DNA from: a virus
Lineage: Duplodnaviria > Caudoviricetes
DNA length: 29,294 nucleotides
Direction: 5' to 3' (one strand)
Virus record (IMG/VR): IMGVR_UViG_3300036796_000091
Coordinates: 1 to 29,294 of that record
The position numbers and the translations under genes are program-made. Position 1 is the stretch's first letter. The number at the start of each line of letters is the position of its first letter. The notes under the pieces were generated by a model. The model was not told the DNA's origin. It made no database searches and saw nothing but the letters and a program-made list of their open reading frames with translations. Shown here piece after piece: positions 24,603-29,294 of the stretch.

Positions 24603-26576
24603 TTAATGAGCAGTAAAGAAGTAAGAGTGCTCAGAGTAAATCAGTTCGTCAGTTAATACTTTCTCAGCATGGTAGTTGATACCACCGAGCTGTTCTGCCA
24701 GATGTTTCAATGGGTCATTGTCAACGAAGATTTCTTTGTATGCATCTGCAATCACGTTGTGAAGTTTAGGTGCATCAGCGAGACAAACACGGAAGCAGTC
24801 ATGGATGGATGTGAATCCACGCAGTCCAGCTTCTTTAGCTTTCACTGCGACAGTTCGTGCAATCAATGCATCAATACCTTGGACATAATTAACAACAAAG
24901 GTGCGAGTGAATTCTTCAGCCGTTGGCTCACGAGCTTCTGTTGACCACGCTGTACCTTCTTTGACATTGCCGAAGTTAACATTGACATTAGCGGCAACGC
25001 GGATGGCAAAAGCATCCGCAATTGGGATATCTTTAGTGAAGCAAGGCTTGAGTACCTTAGCCCCATCGATATGTGTATATGTCAAATACTGCTTGCCTGT
25101 CAGGGCCAACTTGTTGTTCACCGCTGTCTGTATCGCTTCAATCATGTGATTGATACGATCACCAAGGGTACGTTTAACTGCTTCAAGAGTTAAAGCAACG
25201 AATGCTTCACGTTGTTCTTCAGCTAAACCAAGTTTATCCAGTGCTACGATGAAGTCTTTGTTCTCTAAGAGCGCAGTCTTACCTCCACCGTATTGAACAG
25301 ACATGTAAGGACGTTTAGCAAAATTGCGTGTCAGTATCTCCTTCATCGCAGCATCCATGATGTAATGGCGAAGTGGGTTAATGTCCAACAGCGCCTCTAT
25401 GTTTGTCAGGCAAAGCATGTATGGGTCGGCGGACTTACCGCCAGTAAGACGAAAACCTGTCGCTTCAATTAACTCTTTAGCTCCTGCCAAGATTGCAAGA
25501 ATCTGTGTACCAGAACATTTGGCATCTTCACCAAACCCTAAACGAGAATCGCATTTACCATTCTCTTCAAATTCCAACCAATCAAGAGCCATTCGAATAT
25601 ATGTCAATGGTTTTGAAGGGATAGACTGACCTCCCTCTTCTCGCTTAAGAATCTTGTCTAACGCAATTGAAGGGTTCTTGGCTGATGCTCTCAAGAATGC
25701 AGGTTGCAACCATTCATCACTGCCTGCAACATCGGCTAATTCAGTCATGAAGATCTCATATGCTTCGCTATCTTTCTCTACCCAGTTCTCAACATTGTGG
25801 GAATAGTAAGCACGAGCCATGTCACCTGACTGTGGATTAGGCCCAAAGCAAGCTGCATGATAAAGACGGAAACGTGCATCAGCAGTGTATTCCGAGAATA
25901 ACTCTGGTTCAGAATGTACAAGCTCAGAACCTTTATGAACGTACATTTCAGCATCAATGCGAGTGGGTAACTTAGCGAACATACCTTTGTTGGCATTCTC
26001 ACGCTTCCAGTTTTCCAGATACTCGTGAACAGCCAACCCAACCTTACTTTCCACATGGTATGCAGTATCAGAAAGGAATTGCTCAGCCTCTTTGAGTAAC
26101 GTTGAGCCAGGGACTTTGTTCCCTTTGACATAGGGAACTCGGCGGGTTTCATCACTTACCTGTTGATTTACTGGTAACAATGCACGCGAACCAGTTGTAA
26201 GTTGAACCCACTTATCAGTGATCGACATCATCCCTTCAACACTGATACTCATCCAACGCATTGCCACCGTAAAGGCCAACATCTCAGCGGGAGTATGAGT
26301 GATATAACAGTCTTTCTTATCACGGTTAAGGGTATGCACTTGTTCGATTGCGTTAGCCATGTAGCCAATCATCTCAACATTTAACACTTTGCATTCTGTA
26401 TCAGGTAGGCAACTTAGTGCTGTATGGATAGCAAAGGCTGCTAAGCCCAACTGAGCATTAGAGCTAAATCCACACTCTTTATGGAAGAGTGCAACACCGA
26501 TGGCAGGTAGCACACAATCAAGAGTGGCTTTACGAGCGAAGTCAGAGGCAGAAGAAAAAGTGAATGCGTTAGACAT
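24603..26576 (-). CDS. Single-subunit (T7-type) RNA polymerase, N-terminally short
   Basis: DARFRLY (DxRGRxY), PNPQSGD, motif A DAKCSGTQIL, motif B RNFAKRPYMSVQYGG, NYVQGIDA, motif C SIHDCF; SD GGAG. Confidence 0.93.
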   Translation of the reverse strand: MSNAFTFSSASDFARKATLDCVLPAIGVALFHKECGFSSNAQLGLAAFAIHTALSCLPDTECKVLNVEMIGYMANAIEQVHTLNRDKKDCYITHTPAEMLAFTVAMRWMSISVEGMMSITDKWVQLTTGSRALLPVNQQVSDETRRVPYVKGNKVPGSTLLKEAEQFLSDTAYHVESKVGLAVHEYLENWKRENANKGMFAKLPTRIDAEMYVHKGSELVHSEPELFSEYTADARFRLYHAACFGPNPQSGDMARAYYSHNVENWVEKDSEAYEIFMTELADVAGSDEWLQPAFLRASAKNPSIALDKILKREEGGQSIPSKPLTYIRMALDWLEFEENGKCDSRLGFGEDAKCSGTQILAILAGAKELIEATGFRLTGGKSADPYMLCLTNIEALLDINPLRHYIMDAAMKEILTRNFAKRPYMSVQYGGGKTALLENKDFIVALDKLGLAEEQREAFVALTLEAVKRTLGDRINHMIEAIQTAVNNKLALTGKQYLTYTHIDGAKVLKPCFTKDIPIADAFAIRVAANVNVNFGNVKEGTAWSTEAREPTAEEFTRTFVVNYVQGIDALIARTVAVKAKEAGLRGFTSIHDCFRVCLADAPKLHNVIADAYKEIFVDNDPLKHLAEQLGGINYHAEKVLTDELIYSEHSYFFTAH

Positions 26577-27206
26577 GATATATCTCCGTAGAAAGGTGTA
26601 TAAACAAAGAATTAATTCAGACAGGTAGAAAATTTGGGGAACGGGTCCTACTTTCTATCTACCTTCATTCCGGCACTCGCTACGTCGATAAAAAAAAATT
26701 TAAATTGACTGTAGTATTTGCCACATTTGTTTACTCACACATTTCATGGGGACATTGAGTGTGGTTCAAACTTAAAATAATCAACAACATGTACAGCTAC
26801 AGACTTGTTTAATAACCCAAGACAATGTGGTCCCCTCCAAAGAACACTAACTCCGAATTTCATTTTTTAACTAACCCTCAAGCATCAGTTTCAATCCAAT
26901 ATCAATCTGGTAAAAAATCCAAATTCCCTTCAACATTAGAAACGTAACAACCATCAAAATAATTTACTTACATAACAGTTCTTAACATACGCAACACGAA
27001 ATACGAATTACAGGCAGTAACACACCAAGCAACTCAAAATAATCATTTGGAGGTATCACTAGTATTAACACCTGAACTTAAACCCCAAATCAATATCAAA
27101 TTTTTCTACACAATATCTATAAAATAAAAATATTATTAAGATGACATATTAATGTTGAATATATGTTTAATGGATTAAAAATATATGTAAAATGCAGGAA
27201 TGGGTA

Positions 27207-27234
27207 TTGACAAGGATATTTCACGCCATATAAT
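27207..27234 (+). promoter_or_regulatory. Consensus sigma70 promoter
   Basis: TTGACA (27207-27212), 16-nt spacer, TATAAT (27229-27234), AT-rich upstream. Confidence 0.7.
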
Positions 27235-27340
27235 AGAAGCTCAATTAATAATGCACCATTAGTTCACCCCCAATTAAAATTAAATTTTGACGCCGATGTT
27301 GAGTATGTGCGAGGGCTTGGTTTTGGTGATAGTTGCGTAA

Positions 27341-27922
27341 CTACTCAACTAATTGAAAGAATCTGTGCCCCCCATAATCCCCAGCCAATTTAAATTCTTT
27401 ACTCTGACTCCAGCTTGGTAACATCTTCATTTGTTTTGGCGCGTAATAGGATGTAACACCCACCCCTACATTCCCTTTAAATACAACAGAGTACAATGCG
27501 GCCCATACGCTTTGCAAATACTCGGCATCCCTTTTGCCCTTAATTAATTGGTAATGTCGGTTTAGTGACTTACTCCGTGTCCAAGAGAATTGGTGGGGCT
27601 GGTAAATGACTCCACATATCGTGGAGGGGTATCTACTTAATTTTCTACGATTCATTACAGTGCTGGCTACTAACAGTTTCCCCATTTTATTTTCTCCTCT
27701 GGCTTCCATGTAAATATTTTTTATCATACACTCAAGTCCCATGCTTTTCGGCATGTGTCTCTTAAAGTGTTCATTGACATACATGTTGGTAGCTAAGGTT
27801 GCTAATGAAGCTGTTACCGGATTAATTTGTGATAAATTTTTAATTGGTGTTTTCGCATAGCAGAAACCAGTCATTAAAATCAAACATAAAATCTGGGAAA
27901 GTATTATTCTCATACGTTGCAT
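27341..27922 (-). CDS. SleB/Hydrolase_2 family cell-wall hydrolase with N-terminal hydrophobic segment
   Basis: CMIKNIYMEARGE, VMNR, YPSTICGVIYQPHQFSW, YYAP, GGHRFF. Confidence 0.9.
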   Translation of the reverse strand: MQRMRIILSQILCLILMTGFCYAKTPIKNLSQINPVTASLATLATNMYVNEHFKRHMPKSMGLECMIKNIYMEARGENKMGKLLVASTVMNRRKLSRYPSTICGVIYQPHQFSWTRSKSLNRHYQLIKGKRDAEYLQSVWAALYSVVFKGNVGVGVTSYYAPKQMKMLPSWSQSKEFKLAGDYGGHRFFQLVE

Positions 27923-27943
27923 ATCTATTATTAATTTATAAAC

Positions 27944-27968
27944 AAAAAGGAAGCGATTAAGCTTCCTT
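27944..27968 (-). terminator. Rho-independent terminator downstream of the integrase
   Basis: AAGGAAGC-TTAATC-GCTTCCTT followed by T-run on the minus strand. Confidence 0.65.
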
Positions 27969-27984
27969 GTATTTAACCATTGAA

Positions 27985-29142
27985 TTACGTTCTATCTATT
28001 GCGTTCTTCATTAATGTGATAGGTTGTTTATTCCTATACACTTTGTCTGTTGTGGTGCTATGCGCGTGCCCAAGTATTGAGTAGCGTACATGATCTGGTA
28101 TATCAACGAGATCTCTTAAACGGTCACTCATCGAATATCTGTAGCAGTGAGGTGTTCTCTTCAAATTAACTTTTTTAAATGCAATCCTAACCCTATCCCC
28201 TGCGCTTCCAACTGTCCGCCAGTGAAAAACAGGTTTGATTTCCATTATTCCAAACTCAATTAAATCTTTATGTATTGGTACGCATCTTATGGAGTTAGAG
28301 TTTTTAATTGTCTTGTCTCCATCGTCGTTTATGCTAAAGCAGTGTATGCCATCGACAATTACATAGTCCTTCTTAGATAATTGAGCCGCTTCTCCTATCC
28401 GCATCCCTGTATACCAAAGTATATTCATTAGCCATTTAAGTTCAGCATCTTTTGTGTTTTCTAGTGCAAGGAGGTGTTCCGCTGGTGTGATATTCTCCTT
28501 CTTGCTTAAACTTTTCACATTCTTGTATAGCATACCTTTCAGTGGATTTTTATTTAAATATCCGCGTTTGTTGATTGCGAAGTTAAACAACCCTGAAATG
28601 CTAGTTAATCCACTTTGACGAGTATGGGGAGATTTATAAGCCTTATCTAAATGCAATTTATATTCACTAATGTCCTTCTTTGTAACATCATGAAGATGGA
28701 CGTCACCTTTCCATTTAATAAAACCCAATACCCTGTCTTCGTTTAATTTCATTGTTTGAGGGGACCAGTCTCTGTCCATTTCTGACACCCATTCCTTCAA
28801 CGTGTGGGACAGACTTGGCGAAAGAGTAACTTCTGCTTGCTGTGTAGGCGACACCATCTGGCAGATAGATTCAAGAAGGTGAGAATCAACAAACCTATCT
28901 CTTAGAGAATTAAGGTTTGATTTGATGGTTAAAGGCGGGATTCCTAACTGCTTAAGTTTAATAAATGCAGAAGTCAGATTGACGTATCGGTTAAGCGCTT
29001 GCCCTTCATCTTTCGTTCTCAAGCTTATACGTAAAACAACTCCCTTGTACTTCCGCTGCCAAAGGAATGAACACTCTGACTTGCTCCTCCGATCAATCAG
29101 ACCGGGGTATAAAGAAGGTGTAAAGTTTAGGGGAAGATTCAT
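27985..29142 (-). CDS. int: Tyrosine recombinase / integrase
   Basis: YTGMRIGE (R), IKN...R.VPIH (K), HCYR (HxxR), LGH, terminal VY; N-terminal RISLRTKD arm-type motif; SD AAGGAG. Confidence 0.93.
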   Translation of the reverse strand: MNLPLNFTPSLYPGLIDRRSKSECSFLWQRKYKGVVLRISLRTKDEGQALNRYVNLTSAFIKLKQLGIPPLTIKSNLNSLRDRFVDSHLLESICQMVSPTQQAEVTLSPSLSHTLKEWVSEMDRDWSPQTMKLNEDRVLGFIKWKGDVHLHDVTKKDISEYKLHLDKAYKSPHTRQSGLTSISGLFNFAINKRGYLNKNPLKGMLYKNVKSLSKKENITPAEHLLALENTKDAELKWLMNILWYTGMRIGEAAQLSKKDYVIVDGIHCFSINDDGDKTIKNSNSIRCVPIHKDLIEFGIMEIKPVFHWRTVGSAGDRVRIAFKKVNLKRTPHCYRYSMSDRLRDLVDIPDHVRYSILGHAHSTTTDKVYRNKQPITLMKNAIDRT

Positions 29143-29159
29143 AAGGTTCTCCTTAGAAT

Positions 29160-29294
29160 GCTTCTCGTTCGTCCGCAGAAAGGAAACCAGTTGGAACGGT
29201 TTTTATGCATGGCGCTATTCGGCCTGGCCGTATGGATGCCGCAAAGCCTGCCCGAAAACAGTGCAGTGCGCTGGTCGTCACAGATGATAAATTC
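29160..29294. other. GC-richer flank, probable host side of the prophage boundary
   Basis: Hand count gives about 53% GC over 29171-29294, against the visibly AT-rich int gene. The att core was not identified. Confidence 0.5.

Noticed and set aside
19038-29154. AGGTTCTCCTT repeated at 19038 and 29144 as a possible att core
   Set aside because: Both copies are ribosome-binding sites (AAGGAGAACCT on the minus strand).
28922-29287. Plus-strand 121-aa ORF as an excisionase
   Set aside because: Antisense to int, crosses the composition boundary, and has no HTH pattern.

Overview
About 29 kb of a low-GC prophage whose genes are essentially all on the minus strand. Reading in transcription order (right to left): a GC-richer flank, probably host; tyrosine integrase; SleB-like hydrolase; AT-rich intergenic region; a short (657 aa) T7-type single-subunit RNA polymerase; a ~1.7 kb mostly non-coding region with a one-strand ACATGC motif array; small early genes (pentapeptide-repeat protein, ArdA, an ssDNA-binding protein carrying a host-type SSB tail); an ncRNA cluster (tmRNA-type tag frame ANDSEMRVAA*, two tRNA mimics); nrdD; a second ncRNA cluster (large structured RNA, a 101-nt tRNA-like RNA with two Ile anticodon arms); primase-helicase; PolA; putative SSB/annealing protein; exonuclease; HNH nuclease; ligase; dNMP kinase; dUTPase; terminase; and a portal gene interrupted by an IS629/IS1203-like IS3-family element at the left edge. 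Gene content and order resemble Chaseviridae (phiEcoM-GJ1-like phages, described as lytic), but this copy looks integrated. The best candidates for an undescribed system are the modular tmRNA-tag/tRNA-mimic RNA cluster around nrdD and the ACATGC array. All family calls come from motif recognition by eye; no searches or folding programs were run.
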